Source: Octopus sinensis (taxonomy: Eukaryota). Taken from it: a stretch of 23,600 nt of DNA. The stretch spans positions 1-23,600 of the forward strand of contig NW_021836592.1 of the NCBI RefSeq assembly GCF_006345805.1. The letters are read 5' to 3'. Below the pieces are notes generated by a model. The model saw nothing but the letters and a program-made list of their open reading frames with translations. It was not told the DNA's origin and made no database searches. Shown in pieces: positions 11,218 to 20,406 of the stretch. Each line of letters begins with the position of its first letter. The first letter of the stretch is position 1. Made by a program: the position numbers and the translations under genes.

Positions 11218-11437
11218 CTTTGTATCTTTCCTTGCCTTCCATCACCTAATTGCAATCGGTGCTGGTGTGTTTACCCCCTCCCGCCCCCCCGCAATTTGCG
11301 TTTGTAAAAGAGACAGAGAGAAGAACGATAGAATAAATGCTCCGCTTTAAAGATAAGTCCTGAAATAGATTTGTTCGATTAAGACTGTTCAAGGCGCTGC
11401 TCTAGTATGGCCGCTGTCAAATTACTGAAACAAGAAA
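11007..11437 (+). mobile_element. tRNA-derived SINE, family B (CORE-like), with internal (TA)n(TG)n and a LINE-like 3' tail
   Basis: A-box TGGCTGTATGGTAAG, B-box-like GGGTTCCGTGCC, CORE-like CACTGCGTGGAACCTCCGACAAATATCT, internal microsatellite 11157-11216, and tail GGCGCTGCTCTAGTATGGCC..CTGAAAC. The CORE assignment is from memory. Confidence 0.8.
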
Positions 11438-11596
11438 CCAAACTGTTGGTATAATTGTACGTATATATATATATCTGTGTGTGTGCATACTTATATGTGT
11501 GTGTGTATGAGCATACTATACATAAATATGTAAACGCGTATATATATATTCATATATATATATACATATACATATATATTGTGTGTGCATATATAC

Positions 11597-12060
11597 TTTT
11601 TTTAAAACTACCACTCGTAAAATTATACAAATTTCACATTTGATATTACTGAAGAAGTGTTATCTATAAATGCTTATGAATATATGATTCCATTATTCTA
11701 TATTATCTAAGTAAAGTCTATGCGCTATATTTGGAATATAAGACAATATAATGGAATTAAGACAAATATTATGGATTATTACAGAAGATTAACCAAGGAA
11801 GTATACATGGATTTAAAGACTCTCATACTAAAGTGTACTTACAAAATCAAAAGCAGTAATTTTTAATTTTTAATTTAGATTTCAAACAAACACCATTTTG
11901 TAGTATTACTTCAAATTTTTAAAACACTACCGTTCGATATGTTATACAAAATTCATATAACTCTGAAGAACAGAAGCGTTGTCTATAGATGCTTATCAAT
12001 ATAGGATTCCATTATAGGGACAACACTTCTGTGAAACGATCGTAAGATGCTTTAAATACC
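11597..12060 (+). mobile_element. PLE remnant: partial pLTR, decayed ORF end, then pLTR (direct repeats 11597-11695 and 11916-12014)
   Basis: Imperfect ~100-bp direct repeat. Between the copies are RYIWNIRQ (11723) and C-LTKSKAVI, resembling the GIY-YIG C-terminus. The second copy carries a complete HHR. Confidence 0.6.
11961..12049 (+). ncRNA. Type I hammerhead ribozyme with long stem II
   Basis: CT-CTGAAGA (11963-11969), stem II ACAGAAGCGTTGTC/GACAACACTTCTGT (13 of 14 pairs), GAAA (12033-12036), stem III with palindrome ACGATCGT, GTA triplet (12042-12044), then AG. Stem I is weak. Confidence 0.8.
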
Positions 12061-12334
12061 TAATTCAAACTTTTAAACTGTCATATACGTTATATATTTA
12101 TACGTATACTTATTTACATATATTTGTTAATATATTTATATTTGTAATACAAAAATGATTTCACACACGTATATATCTTTCTGGAAGAATTTCTAATATG
12201 ATGATTTCCTGATATTAATAATATATATTATAAAATATATATAATCATTCATATTAAACATATAAATACTTTAATAGAATTAATACTTTGATACAATTGA
12301 GCACTGAATATAAATCCAGTATATTATATTCTCA

Positions 12335-12440
12335 TTGAATATATTTAATAAAGATTATATATATATATATATATATATAATATATTATATTATATATATA
12401 TATATATATATATTATATAATATAATAATATATATATTAA
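12335..12440. repeat. (TA)n-rich tract
   Basis: Direct inspection. Confidence 0.9.
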
Positions 12441-13260
12441 AGTTAATCCACACATGAAAACACAAAGAAAAACAACAACGTGAGGACGTGGAACAAATAT
12501 AGTATTATTGGACGCTCAGGAAGGAAGGGAAGACGGAGGGAAAAAATCGCCAACGGTACACACGCGGTCAATAGTTGGAATTTACAAAACCAAAACAACA
12601 AAAGACGAAGACAGGTGTGTAAAGAACAAACAGGTGTATTAGTGTAACGCTCGGGAAGGTGAGAAAGTCTTTTACGTTTCGAGCCTACGCTCTTCAACAG
12701 AAAGGGACACGAGAAAATAAACAGAGAAAGAATAAAAAAAGCTTTAGCGGCTAGCGATCAATTATAGCGATGGCCGGACAAAGGTGCTTAGACAGGGGAG
12801 CTAGGAGAAAGGGGAGATAATAAATTAGTCGTGATCCCAAAACGAAGGTGCGCATGTCTGTGTATGTGAGTGCCTGTGTGCGCGTATGGATAGGGGCTGG
12901 TGACCTTGACGTTTGGGTATGTGCATGTGTAGGTGTGTGGATGATGGTGTAGGTGCTGGGAAGTGGTCACTGCTAATGTGTGCAGGGTGGTGTGATGTGA
13001 GGTGTGGTGGTGTGATGGTAGGTGTGGGGTATGTGGAAGTGGAATGTGTGGAGGTGGGATGGGATATATAGAGATGGTGGGTTGGGATGTGTAGAGGTGG
13101 GCTAACAATAGAGGGGCTGACGATGAAGGGAGAGTGTGGGTGACGGTGAGTAGGAGTGAAATGAGGAAGTAGGTGTGAGAGGAAGGGAGGAGAGACGAAG
13201 GGAATTGAATCCATATGGAGCCAAAGAGCAAAGAGAAAAAGATTGATTCCTGTTCATGAC
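12440..13260 (-). mobile_element. PLE 3' end: ORF tail, C-rich spacer, HHR-bearing pLTR and an adjacent related partial pLTR
   Basis: Minus-strand QSF-SLCSLAPYGFNS (~13250-13205) resembles the PLE terminal motif LGTL.P.GLN. The HHR is at 12669-12704. Two related tail segments are seen on the plus strand (TATTGGACGCTCAGGAAGG ~12507; TAGTGTAACGCTCGGGAAGG ~12640). Confidence 0.65.
12669..12704 (-). ncRNA. Minimal type I hammerhead, core variant CUGUUGA
   Basis: CTTT-CTGTTGA-A-GAGC-gtag-GCTC-GAAAC-GTA-AAAG. Stems I and II are perfect 4-bp helices, stem III is the loopless palindrome ACGT, position 6 is U, and there is an extra A after A9. Confidence 0.75.
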
Positions 13261-13280
13261 AACGGAGGGAGTCTGGATGG

Positions 13281-13311
13281 CCCTGTGGAAGAACAATCCG
13301 AACACAGTCGG
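13281..13311 (+). ncRNA. Degenerate minimal hammerhead motif
   Basis: CC-CTGTGGA-A-GAacaatCC-GAAC-aca-GTC-GG; one A of GAAA is missing and stem II is mismatched. Confidence 0.35.
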
Positions 13312-13324
13312 ATGTTGTAATAAG

Positions 13325-13751
<427 letters not shown>

Positions 13752-13752
<1 letters not shown>

Positions 13753-14135
13753 AATAGAGTTAAAACTCAGGGGTTATTCAAATTCTTTTACTTCCGACAC
13801 ATGTTTCGAAGATATCATTGGTATCATTCATTTATTTGGTTTCTGATTTTTCTTTCCTTTATCCTTCTTCTTACTATAGGTTACTTTTGACGTTATATCC
13901 TCTAAAGTTTTTTTTTTAAATCTCTATAGCGTTCAGTTCATCACTTTACATATCCATCATATTCTGTTAAAATGTCTTATTGACGAATTTTATTCCTTCA
14001 TTCCTCTGAAGAGAAGATTACAACGTTTTACCACATTTTATTCTTATTGAATAATACCAATGATATCTTCAAAACATGTATCGGAAGTAAAAGAATCTGA
14101 ATAACACCTGCGTTTAACTCCATGCATTTATTTAT
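13752..14135 (+). mobile_element. PLE pLTR with an inverted partial copy upstream (arms ~13752-13830 and ~14047-14125)
   Basis: GAATGATACCAATGATATCTTCGAAACATGTGTCGGAAGTAAAAGAATTTGAATAAC (reverse complement of the left arm) versus GAATAATACCAATGATATCTTCAAAACATGTATCGGAAGTAAAAGAATCTGAATAAC. Both outer ends abut TA-rich repeats. Confidence 0.8.
14001..14087 (+). ncRNA. Type I hammerhead, probably inactivated in this copy
   Basis: TTCCT-CTGAAGA (14006-14012), stem II GAAGAT/ATCTTC (6 bp), AAAAC in place of GAAAC, ATGT loop, ATC in place of GTC, then GGAA. The intact GAAAC-ATGT-GTC is present in the inverted arm at 13796-13807. Confidence 0.7.
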
Positions 14136-14305
14136 ATATATTATACAAAATATTTCGCATAAACCCGGAGTTTCTACCTTAAAAAAACAAGTAGTTACGC
14201 CCTTTTTAGTTAAGTGATTTTTTGATACCTTGGTAACTGTGTCTATCTATTTTTCCGTGTTAATTGTAAAGAAGGGGAAAATATACACACAAACACACAC
14301 ACGAA

Positions 14306-14529
14306 TATGGTCTTACCACTAATCGTATATAATTCTGCAAATTGTACTTGCAATGACGATCATGCTGATGAGCTACGGACAATTGCGTAAGTAATCTGCG
14401 TAAGTGTTAATAGTGAAATTAGTTTATGATTAATCCATATCTTATTTCTTTTCTTTTGTCTTGCTCGCTTATGTTCTGGCGTTTGCTAAATTTTCTTAAG
14501 AATATTCCTTTCTTAGTGGTAAGACCATA
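14306..14529. mobile_element. 224-bp element with perfect 17-bp terminal inverted repeats enclosing an HHR candidate
   Basis: TATGGTCTTACCACTAA (14306-14322) and TTAGTGGTAAGACCATA (14513-14529). An alternative reading is a 15-bp TIR plus a TA TSD. Confidence 0.65.
14358..14441 (+). ncRNA. Candidate type I hammerhead ribozyme
   Basis: Stem I GAT(C)ATG/CATATC; CTGATGA at 14365-14371; stem II GCTA/TAGT extended by GACA/TGTT and an ATTGC-GTAA-GTAAT hairpin; GAAA at 14415-14418; 7-bp stem III ATTAGTT/GATTAAT; ATC triplet with predicted cleavage after 14435. Confidence 0.55.
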
Positions 14530-14700
14530 GTGGATCTACTTCTAGCATAATGGATGTCCACGTAGGGGTCATCCCTGTTATATGTATGTAATACAATTTT
14601 TCTGAATCTTCAGATTTTAAGATGCTAGACATTGGTTTTCAATTGATACTAATCAAATTCATATTCAGTTTTTCCCCTTTATTATTTTAAATTTTATATA

Positions 14701-14766
14701 TGATTTTGATTTTGATTTTTCCAGTTTCAGCTAATGAGCTGTGGCCATGTTGGGGCACCGCCATTT
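14701..14766 (-). mobile_element. Isolated LINE/SINE 3' tail with (AAAATC)n
   Basis: Minus strand ATGGCGGTGCCCCAACATGGCCA-CAGCT-catt-AGCTG-AAACTGG-(AAAATC)3, similar to the tails at 7668-7716 and 11393-11437. Confidence 0.7.
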
Positions 14767-14894
14767 TATATATATGTATATATAATTAAAGAAGAATGTA
14801 AAAGCATTACAAATGATATATCATAATCAATTCATAATTGTTTACAAATATATCAATGGCCGAACATGTAATATATGTACATACACATACTCTC

Positions 14895-15041
14895 ACATAC
14901 ATACATACATACATACATTCATACATACATACATACATACATACATACATACATGCATACATACATACACACATGCACACACACATACATACATACATAC
15001 ATACATACATACATACATACATACATACATACATACATACA
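14895..15041. repeat. (CATA)n microsatellite
   Basis: Direct inspection. Confidence 0.97.
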
Positions 15042-15289
15042 TGTGTCAGCCTTTTAGGGTTTCCGTGTACGAAATTCGCTCACAAGACGTACTTAGATAT
15101 GTCTGGAAGTTTAATCGTTAATGAGTTTGACCTCTTTCCAAACCCAGTAGGTCCATGCAAATGTTCCGAGACTGAAAGAAATTCCTGTGTGTGAATTTGT
15201 TTTAAGTGGATAAAGCTTTGCACCGCACTGAATCCAATTTTCAACTCAATCAGTTATAAAGCCATGGCATAACAGGCGAAGACGTCCAG

Positions 15290-16800
15290 ATTGCACATAA
15301 GGCTCTTCCTCTCTCCCTTCTCATGTAAGTATCGATCCTAAATGCACTACTGCAAGAGTTGAAGGTTTTAAGGGGCATCCCACGAGAACAAGGATACAGA
15401 AGGTCCCTGTATGATTATGCGTCTGACAACATCGAAACAGTGTCGGGTACTAAACAAATAAAGGAGGTCTGCACTATTCTAAGGAAATACGAGATAGAGA
15501 TAGGATCAAAAAGTAACAAGGAGAAATCATTGGGCCCGCAGGTCGGCAGCTAAAGAGACAGGTATAACTGTTAAATATATTGGGGTTTGTGTTGGTCCAG
15601 ACCTCTGGGTGGACAAGAACCGCGAAGAGATGAGCAAGGGGACTTTTTTCATCCAGAAATAGGCTTTGAAATGCTAGGGAGATATGACGAATGCCATTAA
15701 CACACTCGTTATCTACTACTACCTGACCGTCGTGCCTTGCTCTGCTTTATGGCTCAGCGGTATGGAAGAAATGCTCTTCAGCTTTCTGTGAAGGGATGTA
15801 CACCAGCTATATGGAGGAGTAAATCATCTGCCGTGATAAATAATGTTCAGATATAGTCGCCATTTGTTAGACTCACTTTTCTGTAGTTAGTCTGTCACAC
15901 CTGCATTCCCGCAACAAACGTAGACCACGACAGGGTGGTTGGAACCTATGGTGCTAGCAGATGGTAAATGTTCCATCGTGGCTTTCTATAGGTTATAGCG
16001 ACCACAACCTCAGGGTAACTTTGAATACCGATGAAACTCAACTGGTTGTTCTTTTCCAGAAGAATTTAGAGCTGGAGACGATGGAAAATATCAGGAAGTC
16101 ACTGTTCTAGCAGTGATACTAGGAGGGTGGTGAACTTACCGGTTTGGGATAAACTCAATAGGCATGGGAGTGCTGTCAACCGCACCAGCTTTAGATGCAC
16201 GTTGAGCGACGAAACCATCCAGCACGCACATCTACAATGCTTGGGCATTTCTGACTGGCGGATTTACATTATTGTGTATGGGACGGAACCAGCTATCGGA
16301 CGACTCCATAGTAAAGATCATCACATTCCCTCTTGCCTGGGAAGGGCTGGCAATTTTCCTCTGTCAGGTGGCTATGAAGAAACAAGGTCTTGTGGTTGAT
16401 GCTTATAAAATAATTGAAGACGGATACATTCAGTTTTTTTATCAATCCTTGATCGTGATTTTACAAGTTCCACTTGAAAAAAAAAATGAATGTGGAGAGG
16501 AAGACACTGTATTCGTCCCACACCTGTCTCATAATGAGTAAATTTGTTAATGGTTCGCTGATTCTAGTGAGAATGACCCGAGAGAGAGAACCTACACTAA
16601 GCATGCCCTTGTGGGTTGAAAATTACGGAAGAAAGAGGAGCGTTTTCCATGGTACTCCTGGTAAAAGACGGATAAATTGGGATCTGTGTGACACTTGCTC
16701 TTCCCTAGATGGCGTTTCTACCCTTTTGTAAATTTTCTAAATTATAATATTCTTTTAAATTATTATTGTTTTTATAATGTCCCCATCTTTATATAAATCC
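15290..16800 (+). mobile_element. Decayed Tx1/L1-clade LINE: RT 3' half, C-terminal CCHC knuckle and 3' UTR
   Basis: LPLSLLM*V..LLQELKVLRGIP..DYASD (YADD-like)..GSKSNKEKSLG; LPVWDKLNRHG..RCTLSDETIQHAHLQC; QLSDDSIVKI..EGLAIFLCQVAM; VERK..TLSMPL. Multiple stops, frameshifts and an apparent internal deletion; ends approximate. Confidence 0.85.
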
Positions 16801-16904
16801 CTACCTTCTTAGTATTGTCCTAAATGTTTTTTCCCCCCAACAAAGAAATTATTATTACCATTATTGTTGTTGCTGTTGTTTTGTTGTTGCTGTTATCATT
16901 ATTT

Positions 16905-17200
16905 AGGCAGCGAGCTGACTGGATTGATAGCGCGTCGAACAAAATACTTAGTGGCATTTCTTCCGGCTCTTTACCTCCTGAGCTTATATCAAATTTACTT
17001 TTCACCCGTTCGGAATCGATATGATAAAGTACTGGTCACATACTGGCTTCAATGTAATTGACATGATTCCCCCTCCCACACTTTTAAAACTGCTTACTTT
17101 GCGCCAAAATTAGAATTAGTACTACTTCCGTGGTCGATAATATAAACAACCGATAAAATACTTAGCTCAATATAATCGATTAAGCCCCTCCCTACCAAAT
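16905..17200 (+). mobile_element. Degenerate tRNA-SINE family A, followed by a second 3'-half fragment (~17126-17200)
   Basis: AGGCAGCGAGCTGAC..TTAGTGGCATTTC..TTTCACCCGTTCGGAATCGATATGATAAAGTACTGG, then TTCCGTGGTCGATAA..AATCGATTAAGCCCCTCCC. Confidence 0.7.
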
Positions 17201-18949
17201 TTCTCATTCTATATTTGAAATTTTGATTATTATTTCCCTAACATGGAGAAAGATATGTACTTACATTCAGATATAATATACTCCTGACGATGCATGGTAA
17301 TTAACCCCTTGTGTCTTTTTATCTATTTTAGTAATATTTTCACATCAACGAAAATTTAGACATTAGTTTTACTTGTATCACGGTAAATATTTATTTTCCC
17401 CCTCATTCACGTATAGTTAAAAATTAACATATCTATAATTTATCCCTATTTAAACCATCATCACATCGTTGGATATTATTTTAAGGGTAAGAATATCCAT
17501 ATATGCACTGATATCAAGAATTTTATAGAATGAAGAAATGCATCATTGATTTATATTTTTTTCTGATTAAGATTGTTACAATCATCATTCCAAGTTGATT
17601 GGTAACCGGAATCCTGGACGAAGGGATGTGCTTTTCTTTTTTACTTATCTTATTCACTATAATGATATTTAACTTGTTCTGCTTTTCTCCATCCGTCTGT
17701 CTTACTGCCTGTCTGTTTATCTGCCTATTTAAGAATATTTAGTTCAGCACAAACTAGTTGAAAATAGATATCATAGTGTGAATGCAGTTGACCGATAGAA
17801 TCAGCATGAGCTCTGATAAATTAATAATTGTTTACTTAGTATCAGTATTGAGTTAAATTAAACCCAATACACCGATGTAAGCAACGGTGAACTAGTCCCG
17901 TGTATCCTTGAGCACAGAGGACAAAGTTGTGAAAAATCATCAGATATCTAAACTGTTTTCATCTCCTTTAATAGACAGAGATGGTTTGGTGATTCAATAG
18001 CATGAAGAACATCTTTAAAATTTTACGAGAACTTAAATTTTCCATACTATATTGCTAACTTGTTTCCTTAAACCTTCTTCCCTCATATTCTCAGCTGTTC
18101 TCAAAATAATAACTGTCTGTGTTCTAGTGATGCAATCTATTTCTCGCATCACATCACTGACTTTCATCTTTCAAAAGCTATGTTGAGGTTCCACACCATA
18201 TGTTGCGATATATTCTATTCTTCTAAATCTCCAAATCTTAACTCTGAAACTGATATCTTCTGCACACATGCGTTCCTCGCTCAAGAAAAAATACAAAGTT
18301 AAAATTTATTTAATGTAGATTCTGTACCTAATATTAACATTATTTGCATAAATGAATTTATTTTGTATTTCGTTATGTAATCTTTAAAATAAATGCTTGC
18401 ATCCAGTTACATACCTTATAATCTTAAATCTAAGACATCCACCGGCAGTTATTATTGGAATTTTGTATTGAGAAGTCACCGTTTTTCTTTTTGTGTTTTT
18501 CTTCATGTGTTCTAGCATAAACCACTTACAATACTACCTAAAGAAGTAATTGGAATGGCATTAGTCATCCGAAATCTTACCTCACTATCATGAACAGTAT
18601 GAAATATCAAGACACAAGTATTTCGAACAAAATTATTTTATCGACTTGAGTGTAGAGGTTTGTAACTCTACGTGAAAACAATCTTGTAGTCCATTAGTGT
18701 ATTTACTTTCTTTATTACTTATCTAAGAAGAACGTAGGGAAGAAGAAACGGCAGTTCAGCAAACCGATGGGCTAATTGTCTTGTGATAATTAGTTACAAC
18801 CCTTTAGCTTCTCGAAATACTATCACGACTGGCTAGTTTCCACGTACTAAGTAATCGATGTAATCGATTTAAATCGCTTCCCGTCAATATTTAGAAATGT
18901 TAGAAATTATAATTACAAAAGCAAAAATTTAAAAAGATTGCCTCTAGCA

Positions 18950-18981
18950 ATCGGCATATCCCAGAGTATGGTTGCTTTCTC
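18950..18981. other. 32-nt exact copy of Dong sequence 20839-20870, flanked by direct CTCTAGC repeats
   Basis: ATCGGCATATCCCAGAGTATGGTTGCTTTCTC at both sites; CTCTAGC at 18942-18948 and 18979-18985. Confidence 0.9.
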
Positions 18982-19644
18982 TAGCGTTTTAGTCTACCAA
19001 AGTCACTACAGTTAATTCTAACGTCAGCTGCTACAGGCTCAAGCCTGCAAAGAAGTAGCCAGAGTATTAGTATAATAGAAAACAATAGAATGAGTAGTTT
19101 GTTATGCAGTTGTTTAGTGTAAGAATTTTAAAAGAAAACGTACATACACTGTACGAGTAGACAGTTGTATGTTTTTATTAATGTTCGCTTATAGAGTATC
19201 TTGTTCCTCTGATCATATGTGTGCAGTGCATAAGGGCTCCATTTTGTGTGTGTATGCGTGAAGCCATAGCGAATTTTCATCTTATAGTCAGGAGAGTGCC
19301 CATGGTCGATTACAGGACCATCAAGAAAGGTGGGAGGAAGGAAACTTTTCTGAAATCGAAAACTTGGCTCGAATAAAGAAGACCTTGTTAAAAATATCCT
19401 AGCTATCAAGAGGTAGTGTAACACCACATGACTAGTTAAGTGTACCACTCGAGTAAGCCATGGTGAGATATGAACTAAGAACACAAACAGCCAAAACAAA
19501 CAGCGAAAGCCATCCCACCCGCAAATCAATCTCGGAGAGGTGACCAAACACGAGAATGAGCGTCAAAATTGACCTAGGTAGAGTGTAGAGATTTGCAATA
19601 TATATTCCACAATCATCTATTCCATATCCTACAATCTGCAGTTG

Positions 19645-19755
19645 TTGTTGTTGCAGCTGCTGTTGTTGTCGCTGTTGTTGCCCTCCTCCTCTTCCTTCTT
19701 CTCCTCCTTCTTCTCCTCCTCCTCTTTCTCTTTCCCTCCCACTCCCTCTCTCTCA
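19645..19755. repeat. (GTT/GCT)n-(CTC/CTT)n low-complexity tract
   Basis: Direct inspection. Confidence 0.9.
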
Positions 19756-20120
19756 GAATTGGCTACGTTGCACCGTGAGGACCACTCAGTTCTTAAACGT
19801 TTCGAAAGTGCTATATTTCTGAAACCGTCGGAGGAGGGTCTGATGTGCAAAGCTTTATGAGAAATAAGGAAAGAAAAATAGTAAAATTCTGGTCCCAGCT
19901 GCCACTTATTCAATTTCTGTTTTATGTCTGTTAGAGTCTCTGAAACGAAAAGTGACTCCTTAATACTTCAATATTTCTCAGCGCTTTCTGTTCAGAAGTT
20001 TCTACTTCAGAGTTTTTAGGTAACCTTTTACGCTACTATTTATTTTTCTAACGGGATTGCTCTGTGATCTTTGTTGCCTTTAGCATTCCTGTCCACCGCA
20101 ACTCGTGTCTACTACTTCTT

Positions 20121-20270
20121 TGGATTGGCAGAATCGTCCGAACGCCGGCAAAAATGCTTCCCCATGATTCTTTTGGTGCTTTACATTCTGAGTTCTAACT
20201 TCCACTCCACAAACTTGCAGGTTTCATTTACCTAGAGACGATTATTTCTGGAGAAAGGATAGCAATTAAT
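20121..20270 (+). mobile_element. Internally deleted tRNA-SINE family A
   Basis: TTGGCAGAATCGTCCGAACGCCGGCAAAAATGCTT..TTACATTCTGAGTTCTAACTTCC..GAGAAAGGAT followed by the TTA tail. Confidence 0.7.
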
Positions 20271-20371
20271 ATATTATTATTAATATAATTATTATTATTA
20301 TTATTAATATTATTATTTATTATTATTATTATATTATTATTATTATTATTATTATTATATTATTATTATTA

Positions 20372-20402
<31 letters not shown>
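20271..20402. repeat. (TTA)n array between the SINE tail and the Dong 3' end
   Basis: Direct inspection. Confidence 0.97.

Positions 20403-20406
<4 letters not shown>

Noticed and set aside
17284-17360. CTGACGA hammerhead-like core
   Set aside because: No stem II closure or valid GAAA/stem III/NUH found.
17868-17900. CACCG..CGGTGAACTAGTC hairpin with GAAC-TA-GTC
   Set aside because: The 5' core is absent, GAAA is incomplete and stem I does not pair.
18020-18255. ~75-codon minus-strand frame with one in-frame TGA
   Set aside because: No recognisable homology or SECIS-like structure; expected by chance.
19128-19547. 139-aa minus-strand ORF with a hydrophobic N-terminus
   Set aside because: TTG start, no recognisable domain and no supporting splice structure.
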